DNA of 64,000 nucleotides from an uncultured Gammaproteobacteria bacterium (GCA_964345045.1 CAYFPM010000002.1:219481-283480); one strand, 5' to 3'; positions 25,546 through 36,468 are shown, numbered from the stretch's first letter. Notes: generated from the letters alone by a model not told the origin. Made by a program: numbers and translations.

Positions 25546-27238
25546 ACTCTTGAACTGTGGTCGTAAAACGTAACTTTAATTCTTTTCGCTGTTCTTTTTT
25601 TAACTCTTCAAAAGTGTGTTTTGTCCAAGCTTTATCTTTTATCACACTAGCCATCCAAGCTCCACCAAGCAAATGTGGCAGCATAACATAGTCAGCGCCT
25701 TTGTCGTACAGACTATCCAAATCCAGACTGTGGTACAAGTTGGCAATTATTTTGGTCTTTTTACTCTTTTGTCTGATATGACTAATCAGAGTTCTTTGGT
25801 CGTCTGGTTCTGGTAGAGTAGAAATTACTAGTTTAGCTTTTTCAAGTGGGAGTTCTTCTAAGAATTCTATATCAGCCGCATCCCCAAAAAATACCGGAAT
25901 ACCACGATGTTTTAGTTTTGAAACCGCATCCGGACTAAAGTCAACTACAGCAAATTTTATATTTTTTTCCTTTAGAGTTTCACAAATACGCCAGCCAATG
26001 CGGTGATAACCAAAAACCCAAACATCGTATTTTTCTACTTCTCCTTCTGTTTGTTGGAATCTGTCTTGCCCAAACCAGCTAAAGATCGGCAAAAGTTTTT
26101 GGTAGAGTTTTTCGTTGTAAGTAATAAGGTAAGAAGAAACAAAAATAGTAGTAAGAGCAATCATGGTATAAATTTGCATTTCGCTACCTTCTATGTGACC
26201 TGCTTGGATACCGGTAAATAGTAGTACAAAACCAAACTCACTTACTTGAGCTGCTGTTACCCCAGCTAAAAAGCTATTTCTTCTGGTAAAGCGACGAAGT
26301 CTATACATAATATAGAGAATAGCAGGGTTCCCAAGCAGTACAAATAATGATAGGAGCAAAGCAACCAAAATAGTTTTTTCTACTCCAACAAATTGCATTT
26401 GGCTGCCCAAGATTAAGAAGAACAAAACAATAAAGAAATCTCGGAGAGGTTTGATTTTGCTAATAATTTCTGGTTGGTATGTAGAAGAAGCCAAAGATAT
26501 TCCGGCGACAATTGCTCCAATCTCTACAGAAAAACCAAACAGATGAACCAAGCTAGCCATACCAAAACACCAAGCGATGGTGAAAATAAATAGATACTCA
26601 CTAGATGTCGCTACTCGATCTAAGATTTTTGGTAGCAAGAGTTTTGAGAAAAAATAGATTATAGCTACTACAGCCAACCCTTTGGCAAACAAAGTACTCA
26701 TTATAAACGGTAGTGAAGTGGATTCGCCTAGCGTAGTAACCAAGACCATTATAATTACAGCAATAATGTCTTGGACTATCATCAGTCCAATTACGTTTCT
26801 ACCATAAGTACTTTGCAAATCTTTTTTGTCTCCCAATAATTTGGTGATGATAATGGTGCTGGAAAAAGTGATAGCTATGGCCAAATATATATTCGATATT
26901 AGGGCAAAGTCACTAACAGTTTCTAATATCAAAAAACCTACAATACCGGTAAATAAGACTTGGCCAACACCTGTGATAAGGGCTGTTTTTCCGATTCTTT
27001 TTATATGGTCAAAGTTCAAGCTAAGTCCAACTACAAAAAGTAAAAGAACTACTCCTAGTTCGGCAAAAGCTTCGTAGGTGTGTACATCGTCTTGGATTAA
27101 ATTTAGCAAGAGTGGGCCAGACACAATCCCAGCTACAATGTAAGCTACCATTAGTGGTTGGCGAAGTAAGCGAATAAAAAAAGCAATCATCACCGTGACG
27201 CCAAGAAGGGCACTCATTTGTAAGAATATGTTATCCAT
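25544..27238 (-). CDS. CPA2 family monovalent cation:proton antiporter with a TrkA-N (KTN) domain (KefC-like)
   Basis: 564 aa. About 12 TM helices of the Na+/H+ exchanger fold, then a Rossmann TrkA-N motif (VWVFGYHRIGWRICETLKEKNIKFAVVD). Confidence 0.8.
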   Translation of the reverse strand: MDNIFLQMSALLGVTVMIAFFIRLLRQPLMVAYIVAGIVSGPLLLNLIQDDVHTYEAFAELGVVLLLFVVGLSLNFDHIKRIGKTALITGVGQVLFTGIVGFLILETVSDFALISNIYLAIAITFSSTIIITKLLGDKKDLQSTYGRNVIGLMIVQDIIAVIIMVLVTTLGESTSLPFIMSTLFAKGLAVVAIIYFFSKLLLPKILDRVATSSEYLFIFTIAWCFGMASLVHLFGFSVEIGAIVAGISLASSTYQPEIISKIKPLRDFFIVLFFLILGSQMQFVGVEKTILVALLLSLFVLLGNPAILYIMYRLRRFTRRNSFLAGVTAAQVSEFGFVLLFTGIQAGHIEGSEMQIYTMIALTTIFVSSYLITYNEKLYQKLLPIFSWFGQDRFQQTEGEVEKYDVWVFGYHRIGWRICETLKEKNIKFAVVDFSPDAVSKLKHRGIPVFFGDAADIEFLEELPLEKAKLVISTLPEPDDQRTLISHIRQKSKKTKIIANLYHSLDLDSLYDKGADYVMLPHLLGGAWMASVIKDKAWTKHTFEELKKEQRKELKLRFTTTVQE

Positions 27239-27314
27239 AAGTAGTGCCTATTATAACAAAAAAAATGTAATCGATAAATAAAAAACCTCGAGATAATTTC
27301 TCGAGGTTTTTTAT

Positions 27315-27689
27315 TTATTTATTTTCTCTACCGTAGTTATCTTCTATACGAATGATATCGTCTTCTCCAAAATAGTTGCCAGTTTGCACTTCTATAAAAA
27401 CCATATCATCTTTACTGTTATTCCCAATTCTATGTTTGGTTTCAACTGGGATGTCTACCGATTCTCCAGCCATAAGTTCAATTTTTTTGTCATCAATTAT
27501 GGCATAAGCTTCGCCTTTGGCTATAAACCAGTGTTCGGCTCTACGTTTATGTGTTTGGTAACTTAGCAGATGACCTGGTTTAACCAGTAGTTCTTTTACC
27601 TTATATTTGTCAGTTTCTATTAATACTTTGTACCAACCCCATGGTTTTTCGACAAATTCATGATCGAGCTTTATTTGCTGTATCTCCAT
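27315..27689 (-). CDS. cupin-domain protein (mannose-6-phosphate isomerase type II C-terminal-like)
   Basis: 124 aa. KPWGWYKVL...VKPGHLLSYQTHKRRAEHW...GESVDIPVETKHRIGN cupin motifs. Confidence 0.7.
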   Translation of the reverse strand: MEIQQIKLDHEFVEKPWGWYKVLIETDKYKVKELLVKPGHLLSYQTHKRRAEHWFIAKGEAYAIIDDKKIELMAGESVDIPVETKHRIGNNSKDDMVFIEVQTGNYFGEDDIIRIEDNYGRENK

Positions 27690-27691
27690 AT

Positions 27692-28987
27692 TTATTTTTT
27701 CAAATATTTTCTAGTTAAGACTTTAGATAATTCTACGCCAGGTTGATCAAAAGCGTCAATATTGTAAAATTCTCCCAAAAAAGCCGTAGCCCCTTCAAAA
27801 AGCATAAAAAGTTGACCCAAATATTCTTCATTAACTTTTTCTATCTCTATTGTGATGTTTGGTCTGTCATTTTTTGTGTAAGAATCTGCGGTAGCTTTTT
27901 TTTCGGTATTCAAAAGTGTGGCAAAATCAATTCCTTTTAGAAATGAAACTTTTTCATTTTTTGGATAGAGTAGAGGGATTGGAACTTTCTTACCAAAATT
28001 TTTAATTTCTAAGAAAATAAAAAATTTATCATTTGGTCCTTCGTTGTAGAGTTGGCTTTGTGAGTGTTGATCTGTGGCGCCCAAGGCACTAACTGGAGTA
28101 ATACCAATATTAACGACCTTATTTTTTCTATCTATCTTTTTCCCGATGCTTTCAGCCAAAAGTTGTCTGAACCAATCTGGTAAAAGCATTAATCTTTGTG
28201 AATAAGGCATTAATACATTCATTACTTTGCCTTTTTTATTTAATAAATATTGCATTGACGCAATTTGGAAGGGGAGATTGTTTTTTACATTTTTAGAAAT
28301 GAATGATTCGCGCATTTCTCTCGACCCAGCTAGTAGTTTTTTAATATTAATACCACTAAGAGCCGCAGGTAATAATCCTACCGAAGACAAAACCGCAAAC
28401 CTACCGCCAACTGGTCCATGATCAAAAATTTTTATATCTTCTTTTTCACAAACTTCGCGGAGCATTCTTTTCCCTGGGTTGGTAATGGCAACCATGTGGT
28501 TCTTGGGTTGCAGTTTTTTACCTTGTAATTTCTTTTTGAAATACATAAACAAGGCTATGGATTCTGGTGTGCCTCCGGATTTACTTACAACCAAGAACAA
28601 AGTTTTTTTGAAGTCTAGTATATCTTCTAATTCTTTAATCATGGTGGGATCAATGTTGTCTAGCACATGAACCTTTGGCCATTTTTGTTTTTTTTCTTCG
28701 TGACTGTAGAGTGGCAAAAGAGCTTTTTGCAAACAAATTGTTCCAAGTGCCGAACCTCCAATTCCGAGTACAACAATATTATTAAATTTACCATTTACAC
28801 TTTTGGCATACTTTTCTATTTCAACTACTACACTGGCATCATCAACTATTTCATGAAAGTGTTGGTCTCGGGTTTTGAAGTTTTCTAGATGCTTCGATAA
28901 ATTTTTACCAAAGTCGAGTATTTCTTTTTTTGATAAACCATGTTTTTTGGAGACTTTGTGAAGATTGATGGTATTTATTTTTAACAT
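27692..28987 (-). CDS. pgi: glucose-6-phosphate isomerase
   Basis: 431 aa. LGIGGSALG, SKSGGTPE and GGRFAVLSSVGLLPAAL signature motifs. Confidence 0.85.
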   Translation of the reverse strand: MLKINTINLHKVSKKHGLSKKEILDFGKNLSKHLENFKTRDQHFHEIVDDASVVVEIEKYAKSVNGKFNNIVVLGIGGSALGTICLQKALLPLYSHEEKKQKWPKVHVLDNIDPTMIKELEDILDFKKTLFLVVSKSGGTPESIALFMYFKKKLQGKKLQPKNHMVAITNPGKRMLREVCEKEDIKIFDHGPVGGRFAVLSSVGLLPAALSGINIKKLLAGSREMRESFISKNVKNNLPFQIASMQYLLNKKGKVMNVLMPYSQRLMLLPDWFRQLLAESIGKKIDRKNKVVNIGITPVSALGATDQHSQSQLYNEGPNDKFFIFLEIKNFGKKVPIPLLYPKNEKVSFLKGIDFATLLNTEKKATADSYTKNDRPNITIEIEKVNEEYLGQLFMLFEGATAFLGEFYNIDAFDQPGVELSKVLTRKYLKK

Positions 28988-29048
28988 ACTATTTATGTAA
29001 CTATTGAATAGTAAACAGTAAATGGTTCTGTTTTTTACAGTTTACAAA

Positions 29049-29699
29049 TTACTGTTTACTCTTAATTTTTTTCCAATCACTCAAAAATTTTTCCAAACCT
29101 TTGTCGGTCAAAGGGTGTTTGACTAATTTTTCAAAAATAGCTGGTGGAATAGTGGCAATGTCTGCCCCAAGTTTGGCAGCTTCTACTACGTGTTCTGGAT
29201 GGCGGATACTGGCTGCTAAAATCTCGGTTTCAAATCCGTAGTTATCATAAATATCTACGATATCAGCTATTAGTCCCATGCCATCTTCGGAAATATCATC
29301 TAGCCTACCAACAAATGGACTCATAAGGGTAGCGCCAGCTTTGGCAGCCAAGAGGGCTTGGCTGGCGGAGAATACTAGAGTCACGTTAGTTTTGATTTTT
29401 TCTTTGGCAAATTGCTTGGTGGCAATGAGACCATCTGGGGTACAAGGTACTTTGACATGAATATTTTTGTGCCATTTGGCGTATTTGCGACCTTCTTTTA
29501 GCATCCCTTCCCAGTCGGTTGCTATCACTTCGGCACTAATCGGGCCGTTTACTATTTTTACAATTTCTTTGATTCTTTTTTCTAGGTTTACTCCCTCTTT
29601 GGCCAGTAGCGATGGATTGGTGGTTACTCCATCTACCATACCCCAGGCAGCGTATTTTTTAATGTCGTCGAGGTTTGCTGTATCTAAGAAAAATTTCAT
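29049..29699 (-). CDS. tal: transaldolase / fructose-6-phosphate aldolase family protein
   Basis: 216 aa. [31 protein letters not shown] is the short transaldolase (TalC/Fsa) family N-terminus. Confidence 0.85.
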   Translation of the reverse strand: MKFFLDTANLDDIKKYAAWGMVDGVTTNPSLLAKEGVNLEKRIKEIVKIVNGPISAEVIATDWEGMLKEGRKYAKWHKNIHVKVPCTPDGLIATKQFAKEKIKTNVTLVFSASQALLAAKAGATLMSPFVGRLDDISEDGMGLIADIVDIYDNYGFETEILAASIRHPEHVVEAAKLGADIATIPPAIFEKLVKHPLTDKGLEKFLSDWKKIKSKQ

Positions 29700-29762
29700 A
29701 TAGGTAGGAATTTATGAATTATGCGAATTAAGTATAGTCAATTTTTATTTTACTTACAATTG

Positions 29763-30059
29763 TTAACTTAATACATAATAAACAACCAAAATCTGCAAAG
29801 CTAAGATGATTGCAATCCCAGCTTGAAAAGATATTTTTTTGGTTTTGTGGCGGAAAAATTGCATACCAAAGAGTGACCCTATAGAACCACCAATTAGGGT
29901 GATAAACCAAAGAGATTTTTCACTGACTCGGCGAGCTTTGAATCTGGATTGTAGTTTGTCCCAACCAAAAAAGAAAAATGAAAAAATGTTTATACTTAAA
30001 AAATATAGGATCAATATTTGATCCAATAAAGTTAGATTTAAAAAATATTGTAAATACAT
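29763..30059 (-). CDS. DUF1294 family membrane protein
   Basis: 98 aa. FGWDKLQSRFKARRVSEKSL...GGSIGSLFGMQFFRHKTKK matches the DUF1294 pattern. Confidence 0.55.
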   Translation of the reverse strand: MYLQYFLNLTLLDQILILYFLSINIFSFFFFGWDKLQSRFKARRVSEKSLWFITLIGGSIGSLFGMQFFRHKTKKISFQAGIAIILALQILVVYYVLS

Positions 30060-30628
30060 TACATGTGGTTAGTCACCTTGTCGCTGGTCATCTCTGGGAA
30101 ATGAAATTTGCGGTCTACGTCGGCCAAGCGCAAAAGTTCGTGGCGAACTTTGTTGGGATTATGAACATTGTAAAAAACTATATCCAAATTTTGGGAAGCG
30201 GTTTTAATACTCACATTGCCATAGTTAAAAAAAGTAGCAAAGAAACCTTTGACATCTGTAGTAATATCTTGAATACGGAATAAATCTAACTCGGAAATGC
30301 TTCTGGAAAAAAGACCGAGTTGTTCTATATCTACAATTCGGTCGTTGGTTATAATCCATTCGTCTAGATAAAAATCTATAAATTGGGCAAAAAAGAAAAT
30401 ATAGATTACTAAGTAATAAATACTTACAAAGACTACTGCAAAACTATAAATAATTTCTCCACCAAGTAAATTTGGGAAAAGAGAGTTTATCATTAGATAA
30501 GATAAAATTGGTAAAGCCAGCAAAACCAAAAATAAAGTTAATTGAGGTACAAAAGTAATGGGGTGACGTCTTAGTACGTATTTTACCTGTTCGTAATTTT
30601 TTTGGTGAATGAGAGTTCTAACATCCAT
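30059..30628 (-). CDS. membrane protein with a bacterial PH-like (bPH_2/YdbT-like) domain
   Basis: 189 aa. Two TM helices followed by a PH-like segment (WIITNDRIVDIEQLGLFSRSISELDLFRIQDI). Confidence 0.45.
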   Translation of the reverse strand: MDVRTLIHQKNYEQVKYVLRRHPITFVPQLTLFLVLLALPILSYLMINSLFPNLLGGEIIYSFAVVFVSIYYLVIYIFFFAQFIDFYLDEWIITNDRIVDIEQLGLFSRSISELDLFRIQDITTDVKGFFATFFNYGNVSIKTASQNLDIVFYNVHNPNKVRHELLRLADVDRKFHFPEMTSDKVTNHM

Positions 30629-30632
30629 ATTT

Positions 30633-30872
30633 TTAAAATAAATTTCTAGTACCTAGATCTATAATGGGCTGTGAAAAATCTATACTTCTTAAGAGTGCCC
30701 AGGTTACATATATAGTTAATATACCAGCCGCCGAGATAAAAAAAGTTACCAAAAAACTAGTGGCACTCATAGCTGCACTCATGGCAATGTGGTAAATATT
30801 AATAGCCAAGAAAATAAAAAATATGGCTACAAATATTAGATAAATTGGAATGAGAATAGATAAAGAAATCAT
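30633..30872 (-). CDS. small hypothetical membrane protein
   Basis: 79 aa, two to three hydrophobic helices; no motifs. Confidence 0.4.
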   Translation of the reverse strand: MISLSILIPIYLIFVAIFFIFLAINIYHIAMSAAMSATSFLVTFFISAAGILTIYVTWALLRSIDFSQPIIDLGTRNLF

Positions 30873-30922
30873 GTTTTTTAATTTTAAATTATAAATTTTA
30901 AATCAATTTAAAATAAATAATT

Positions 30923-31300
30923 TTAATTTTTTTTGTTACAGCTTATTACTATTTTAGAAAAAATCAATGTTAATTCGTGAGCTTCTTTCCATAATACTCG
31001 TAATTTATCCATCTTTTGGTTGTTTGCGTTTGCTATCATTCTTAACCAGTGTTCAGTCTCTTTTGATTCTTTTTTGCAGATAGATATTTTATGTTTGAAG
31101 TCTCTTTTCGATTCCGATCCATTGGCCTCCATATAATTTGCTCCAATACTAGTTGCAGATCGGATTACTTGATCAACTAGTCTGTTGTTAACAATATCAG
31201 ATTCCAGTTTCTTTACAAACTTTATCACTGATTCTCCAAAAATAGCGGTTCTTTCTTCTAAATCAAAAATTTTTTTGATTTCATTGTCCTCCTTTAGCAT
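30923..31300 (-). CDS. four-helix-bundle protein (former 23S rRNA intervening-sequence protein family)
   Basis: 125 aa. IGANYMEANGSESKRDFKHKISICKKESKETEHWLRM is the signature of this family. Confidence 0.75.
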   Translation of the reverse strand: MLKEDNEIKKIFDLEERTAIFGESVIKFVKKLESDIVNNRLVDQVIRSATSIGANYMEANGSESKRDFKHKISICKKESKETEHWLRMIANANNQKMDKLRVLWKEAHELTLIFSKIVISCNKKN

Positions 31301-31347
31301 ATTTAAAATTCTATATTTATAATTTAATTAAAATTTAAAATTTGTAA

Positions 31348-32361
31348 TTAATTTATCATACCCAAATGCGTATAAGCTGCCGGGGTCGTCTTTCTCCCTC
31401 TCGGGGTACGCTCGAGCATTCCGATTTGGAGCAGGTATGGTTCGTAGATAGTTTCTATGGTGTCTATGTCTTCGGCTACGGCTGCTGCCAAAGTACTTAG
31501 CCCCACCGGCCCTCCATCAAATTTTTTGATAATAGCTTCCAAAAGTTTTCTATCCACTTGATCAAGCCCATGTTCATCTACTGCGAGCATTGAGAGAGCC
31601 GCATTGGTAACATTATTATCTATTTTACCATTGTGTTTGACTTCGGCGTAGTCCCGGACTCTTTTTAATAATCTGTTGGCGACACGCGGGGTACGTCTGG
31701 CTCGTTTGGCAATTTCTTGGCTGGCGGTTTCTTCTATAATTACATTTAGAATATTAGCATTTCTTTTTACAATTTTGTTGATGTCGTTATGTTCGTAAAA
31801 GTTAAGATGAAAAACGTGACCAAATCTATCGCGTAGGGGACTGGAAAGTAAATTTAGTTTGGTAGTTGCCCCAATCAAAGTGAATTTTTCTAGTGGCATA
31901 CGCAGAGTTCGGGCAGCCGGGCCTTTGCCAACTATAATGTCTAGAGCATAGTCCTCCATAGCACTATAGAGAACTTCTTCTATAGTTTTGTTCATGCGGT
32001 GGATCTCGTCTATAAACAGAACATCTCCTTGTGAAAGATTGGATAATATAGCGGCCAAATCACCTACGCGTTCCAGAGCCGGACCAGCGGTAACACGGAT
32101 ATTTACGCCCATTTCTCTGGCAATAATGTTCGCCAAAGTAGTTTTGCCAAGACCTGGGTTTCCATATAACAAAGCATGTTCAATAGGTTCTTTTCGTTGT
32201 TTGGCCGCTGCCATAGATATAGAAAGAGGTTCTTTGATATGTTCTTGTCCAACAAAATCATCCAAGTTTTGTGGTCGCAAATTTATTTCAATTATTTCTT
32301 CGGTCGGACTTTCTTTTTCGGGGGTCACCAGTCTTTCGTTTGTATGAGATTCTTCTATCAT
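31348..32361 (-). CDS. ruvB: Holliday junction branch migration helicase RuvB
   Basis: 337 aa. Walker [19 protein letters not shown], Walker B DEIHR, and a C-terminal winged-helix domain. Confidence 0.9.
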   Translation of the reverse strand: MIEESHTNERLVTPEKESPTEEIIEINLRPQNLDDFVGQEHIKEPLSISMAAAKQRKEPIEHALLYGNPGLGKTTLANIIAREMGVNIRVTAGPALERVGDLAAILSNLSQGDVLFIDEIHRMNKTIEEVLYSAMEDYALDIIVGKGPAARTLRMPLEKFTLIGATTKLNLLSSPLRDRFGHVFHLNFYEHNDINKIVKRNANILNVIIEETASQEIAKRARRTPRVANRLLKRVRDYAEVKHNGKIDNNVTNAALSMLAVDEHGLDQVDRKLLEAIIKKFDGGPVGLSTLAAAVAEDIDTIETIYEPYLLQIGMLERTPRGRKTTPAAYTHLGMIN

Positions 32362-32516
32362 AGTGTGGGTATTGTACTTTATGGAGTTGGCGAAAGCAAT
32401 GTTCTTCTTATTTTTAAATTAAAGGATAATTACGGCTGCATTTTTTAGTCGTGAAATGGAACTTTCTATAAAATATAATGCCTGAGCACTTTGAATATTT
32501 GTTTGAAGCAAAACAG

Positions 32517-32525
32517 TGTGGATAA
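32517..32525. promoter_or_regulatory. consensus DnaA box upstream of nrdJ
   Basis: TGTGGATAA, the exact reverse complement of TTATCCACA. Confidence 0.35.
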
Positions 32526-32607
32526 CTTGTATAAAAGATTTTTTATTTGTTAATTTTTAAGCTTAATCAAGCACTTTTTGTAAAAATTTGGCGGGGTTTT
32601 TTGCAAT

Positions 32608-32617
32608 GTGGTATAAT
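32608..32617 (+). promoter_or_regulatory. extended -10 promoter of nrdJ
   Basis: TGgTATAAT. Confidence 0.45.
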
Positions 32618-32642
32618 GACACTTGCCTGCACAAAATACTAC

Positions 32643-32676
32643 ATCTTGTGGTCAAAAATATTTTAAACCACAAGAT
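32643..32676 (+). promoter_or_regulatory. 10-bp perfect inverted repeat in the nrdJ leader (possible repressor site or RNA hairpin)
   Basis: atcttgtggt-N14-accacaagat. Confidence 0.4.
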
Positions 32677-32700
32677 ATGCCTTTTACATACTTGACAGGG

Positions 32701-32720
32701 AACGCCGAATAGGCGTTTTT
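32701..32720 (+). promoter_or_regulatory. terminator-like hairpin inside the nrdJ 5' leader (possible attenuator)
   Basis: aacgcc-gaata-ggcgtt followed by TTTTT, about 85 nt upstream of the nrdJ ATG. Confidence 0.35.
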
Positions 32721-32805
32721 ATAACCTAATAATTTACGATTTTTGATTTGTAATTGTATCAACAAAATTAAATCTAAAATCATAAATCATTAATTCTACA
32801 TTCAT

Positions 32806-35800
32806 ATGGGGCCAGTAGATTCCAAATTTATCCAAGGTCTACACCTTGGTCAAACCGAAGACGAACAAAGTAGTTTTACCTACAATCCAGATGGTTTGAA
32901 ATTTAAAAGAGTTTTTAGCGAAGAGGGTAAAAGCCCCTTCGATATGGTGGAGTACGAAAAACGCAGCAGTGTAATTCGTGAGCCGGATGGCACGGTGGTT
33001 TTTGAAATGATTGATATAGAAATCCCAAAAGACTGGTCTCAAGTAGCTACAGATATTATGGCACAAAAATATTTCCGCAAAGCTGGCGTGCCACAATACA
33101 ATCCAGACGGTACACCAAAGCTAGACGCTAACGGGTCTCCCATGCTTGGACCCGAAACTAGTGCCAAGCAAACAGTGCACCGTTTGGTAGGTACTTGGCG
33201 TTACTGGGGTGAAAAATATGCTTACTTTGCTAGTGCCAAAGATGCAGAAATTTTTTACGATGAGTTGGTAGTGATGTTGCTTAGACAAATGGCTGCGCCA
33301 AACTCGCCACAATGGTTTAATACAGGTTTGCAATGGGCTTATGGTATTACTGGCCCAGCCCAAGGTCACCACTATGTAGATCCAGATACTGGCAATCTAA
33401 CTCGCTCTACCGATGCTTATACTCATCCTCAACCACACGCTTGTTTTATCCAATCTGTAAGAGATGATTTGGTAAACGAGGGTGGAATTATGGATTTGTG
33501 GACCCGCGAAGCTAGAATTTTCAAATATGGTTCTGGTACTGGATCCAACTTTTCCGGTATTCGTGGTAAAGGTGAACCTCTTTCTGGTGGGGGAACCAGT
33601 AGTGGGGTAATGAGTTTCCTTCGTATTGGTGATCGAGCTGCCGGAGCTATCAAATCTGGTGGTACTACCAGACGGGCTGCCAAGATGGTAATTCTCGACA
33701 TTGACCATCCGGATGTAGAAACATTTGTTAACTGGAAAGTAGAAGAAGAAAAGAAAGTAGCCGCTCTTATTGCCGCTGGCTACCCATCTGATTACGAAGG
33801 CGAAGCTTATGATACTGTGTCTGGTCAAAACTCCAACAATTCTGTACGGGTACAACACAAATTTATGCACGCAGTTGAAAATGATGGTTCTTGGAATTTG
33901 ACCTGGAGAACCGATGGTACTACTGCCAAAACTGTGAAAGCCAGAGAACTTTGGGAAAATATTGCCTTTGCTGCTTGGGCTTGTGCTGACCCTGGATTGC
34001 AGTACGATGGTACTATCAACGACTGGCATACTTGTCCGCAGTCTGGTCGTATCAATGGTAGTAATCCTTGTAGTGAATACATGTTTTTAGATGATACTGC
34101 TTGTAACCTAGCTTCTTTAAACATTGCCAAATTTTTTAACATCGACAAACAAGAATTTTTGGTAGACAATTTCAAACACGGTGCCAGACTATGGACCACT
34201 GTTTTGGAAATCAGTGTACTTATGGCGCAATTTCCTAGCAAAGAGATTGCTCAAATGAGTTATGAATTCCGTACTTTGGGTCTTGGCTACGCCAACATTG
34301 GATCTGTTCTTATGACCAGTGGTATTCCATACGAATCCGAAGAGGCTTATGCTTTTACTGGTTGTGTATCGGCTATTATGACTGGTGAAAGTTACAGAAC
34401 CAGTGCCGAAATTGCCAAAGCCATGGGACCATTTCCAAAATTTGCTATCAACCGCGAAGACATGTTGCGGGTTATGCGCAATCATCGTCGAGCTGCCTTT
34501 AATGCTCCAGATAGTGAATATGAAAAATGTACTATCAAACCAGTTGGGATTAATCCAGAATATGCTCCAGCTTACATGCTAAGTGCTGCCAGAGAGAGTT
34601 GGAACGAAGCTTTGGAATGGGGAGAAAAACATGGTTATAGAAATGCTCAAACAACCTTGCTTGCTCCTACCGGAACAATTGGTCTACTTATGGATTGTGC
34701 TACTACCGGAGTAGAACCAGACTTTGCTTTGGTCAAATTCAAAAAACTTGCTGGTGGTGGGTACTTTAAAATTGTAAATCAAGCTGTCCCAGCAGCTCTT
34801 AAGAATCTCGATTATAGCGAAGCAGAAATTACCGACATTATTGACTACATGAAAGGTAAAGCCAATATCACAGATGCTCCACATATCAATGCTGAATCGC
34901 TAAAACAAAAAGGCTTTACCGACGAAGATTTGGAAAAACTAAACGGAGCTTTGGGAAGTGCTTTTGAAATTCAATTTGCCTTTAATGTTTGGACATTGGG
35001 TGAAGATTGTATGAAAAGAGTTGGTATCGAAGCTGCTCAGTATAATGACCCAAATTTCAACATGTTAACGGCTCTTGGTTTTACAGACGAACAAATTGAC
35101 GAGGCCAATGATTATGTATGTGGAACCATGACTATAGAAGGTGCTCCTCATCTAAAAGACGAACATTACAAAATTTTTGACTGTGCCAATAAGTGTGGTA
35201 AAAAAGGCAAGAGATATATTGAATACATGGGACACATCAAGATGATGGCGGCTGCGCAACCTTTCTTATCCGGAGCTATTAGCAAAACCATCAACATGCC
35301 AAACGAGGTAACCGTAGAAGATGTAAAACACGCTTACAACGAATCTTGGAAACTTGGTTTGAAAGCTGTGGCTCTATACAGAGATGGTTGTAAACTTAGC
35401 CAACCATTGTCTACTTCTTCCAAGAAAAAAGACGAAGATGAAGAAAAAGTAGAAGCCAAAGCTGTAGAAACCACAGCTACAGCTAGCCAAGAAATGCAAG
35501 AAGCAGGTTTGGCTGGAGATGTTTCGGAAATTAGCCAAGCTATTGCCGAAGCCACCAAGATTTTGCACCAACATATCCCAGACTCACACGCTATGCCAAC
35601 TTATGGTCGCGATGGTAGTGTAACCGACCACAGACTTTACTTGCATGGTGAAAAACGCAAACTTCCTGCCAAACGTAGTGGTATTACTATTTCTACTACT
35701 ATTGGTAACCAAAAAGTTTGGCTTCGTACTGGTGAATACCCAGATGGTCGCTTGGCCGAAATCTTTATTGATATGTACAAAGAAGGCGCTGGCTTCCAAA

Positions 35801-36312
35801 GTCTATTAAATATGTTTGCCATTTCAATTTCTCTGGCTCTGCAATACGGTGTACCACTAGAGAGACTAGTAGACAAATTCACCTTTACCAGATTCGAACC
35901 GGCTGGCATGACAGACCATCCAAATATCAAAGTTTGTACTTCTGTAGTTGATTGGATTTTCCGAATACTTGGTATGGAATACTTGGGTAGAACAGATTTT
36001 GTGCAAGTGCAACCAAAAGGTATCCAAAAGAATAGATTTGAACAAATGGCACGACTAGCCGAGACTACCACCAAACAAGAGAGTATGTCTCTAGAAGTGA
36101 CTAGCCCCACTACAGTAGAAGTAACAACTACCGAAGTTCAAGAAACTTTGATTGAGATAGAAGAGGATTCGAGCCAGCAAGACGCTATGGGAGCCGCACT
36201 TTCGGAAATGGATGGAGATGCTCCGGCTTGCCCTACTTGTGGTCATATTACTGTTCGCAATGGATCTTGTTACAAGTGTTTGAACTGTGGAGATAGTCTT
36301 GGTTGTAGTTAG
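32806..36312 (+). CDS. nrdJ: class II (adenosylcobalamin-dependent) ribonucleotide reductase, long form
   Basis: 1168 aa. Active-site region GSNPCSEYMFLDDTACNLASLN. C-terminal Zn-ribbon CPTCGHITVRNGSCYKCLNCG. Confidence 0.85.
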   Translation: MGPVDSKFIQGLHLGQTEDEQSSFTYNPDGLKFKRVFSEEGKSPFDMVEYEKRSSVIREPDGTVVFEMIDIEIPKDWSQVATDIMAQKYFRKAGVPQYNPDGTPKLDANGSPMLGPETSAKQTVHRLVGTWRYWGEKYAYFASAKDAEIFYDELVVMLLRQMAAPNSPQWFNTGLQWAYGITGPAQGHHYVDPDTGNLTRSTDAYTHPQPHACFIQSVRDDLVNEGGIMDLWTREARIFKYGSGTGSNFSGIRGKGEPLSGGGTSSGVMSFLRIGDRAAGAIKSGGTTRRAAKMVILDIDHPDVETFVNWKVEEEKKVAALIAAGYPSDYEGEAYDTVSGQNSNNSVRVQHKFMHAVENDGSWNLTWRTDGTTAKTVKARELWENIAFAAWACADPGLQYDGTINDWHTCPQSGRINGSNPCSEYMFLDDTACNLASLNIAKFFNIDKQEFLVDNFKHGARLWTTVLEISVLMAQFPSKEIAQMSYEFRTLGLGYANIGSVLMTSGIPYESEEAYAFTGCVSAIMTGESYRTSAEIAKAMGPFPKFAINREDMLRVMRNHRRAAFNAPDSEYEKCTIKPVGINPEYAPAYMLSAARESWNEALEWGEKHGYRNAQTTLLAPTGTIGLLMDCATTGVEPDFALVKFKKLAGGGYFKIVNQAVPAALKNLDYSEAEITDIIDYMKGKANITDAPHINAESLKQKGFTDEDLEKLNGALGSAFEIQFAFNVWTLGEDCMKRVGIEAAQYNDPNFNMLTALGFTDEQIDEANDYVCGTMTIEGAPHLKDEHYKIFDCANKCGKKGKRYIEYMGHIKMMAAAQPFLSGAISKTINMPNEVTVEDVKHAYNESWKLGLKAVALYRDGCKLSQPLSTSSKKKDEDEEKVEAKAVETTATASQEMQEAGLAGDVSEISQAIAEATKILHQHIPDSHAMPTYGRDGSVTDHRLYLHGEKRKLPAKRSGITISTTIGNQKVWLRTGEYPDGRLAEIFIDMYKEGAGFQSLLNMFAISISLALQYGVPLERLVDKFTFTRFEPAGMTDHPNIKVCTSVVDWIFRILGMEYLGRTDFVQVQPKGIQKNRFEQMARLAETTTKQESMSLEVTSPTTVEVTTTEVQETLIEIEEDSSQQDAMGAALSEMDGDAPACPTCGHITVRNGSCYKCLNCGDSLGCS

Positions 36313-36391
36313 TAAGTTGTAAGTTTTAAGAAGTAATATAAAAGTATTGATGGGGGAAATGACGGATAATCGATAATCAAAAGTTATAAAA

Positions 36392-36427
36392 ACCGGCGTT
36401 ATATAGCGTCGGTTTTTGGTTTTTTTG
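36392..36427 (+). terminator. rho-independent terminator
   Basis: accggcg-ttatatag-cgtcggt followed by TTTTTGGTTTTTTT. Confidence 0.6.
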
Positions 36428-36468
36428 GCTTTGTTTAGGTAAATTTTAGATATTATTATAAGTGGTAC

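Noticed and set aside
32806-36312. Intein inside the long NrdJ
   Set aside because: No intein block motifs (C/S...HN followed by C/S/T) were found. The extra length appears to be genuine long-form class II RNR plus a Zn-ribbon.
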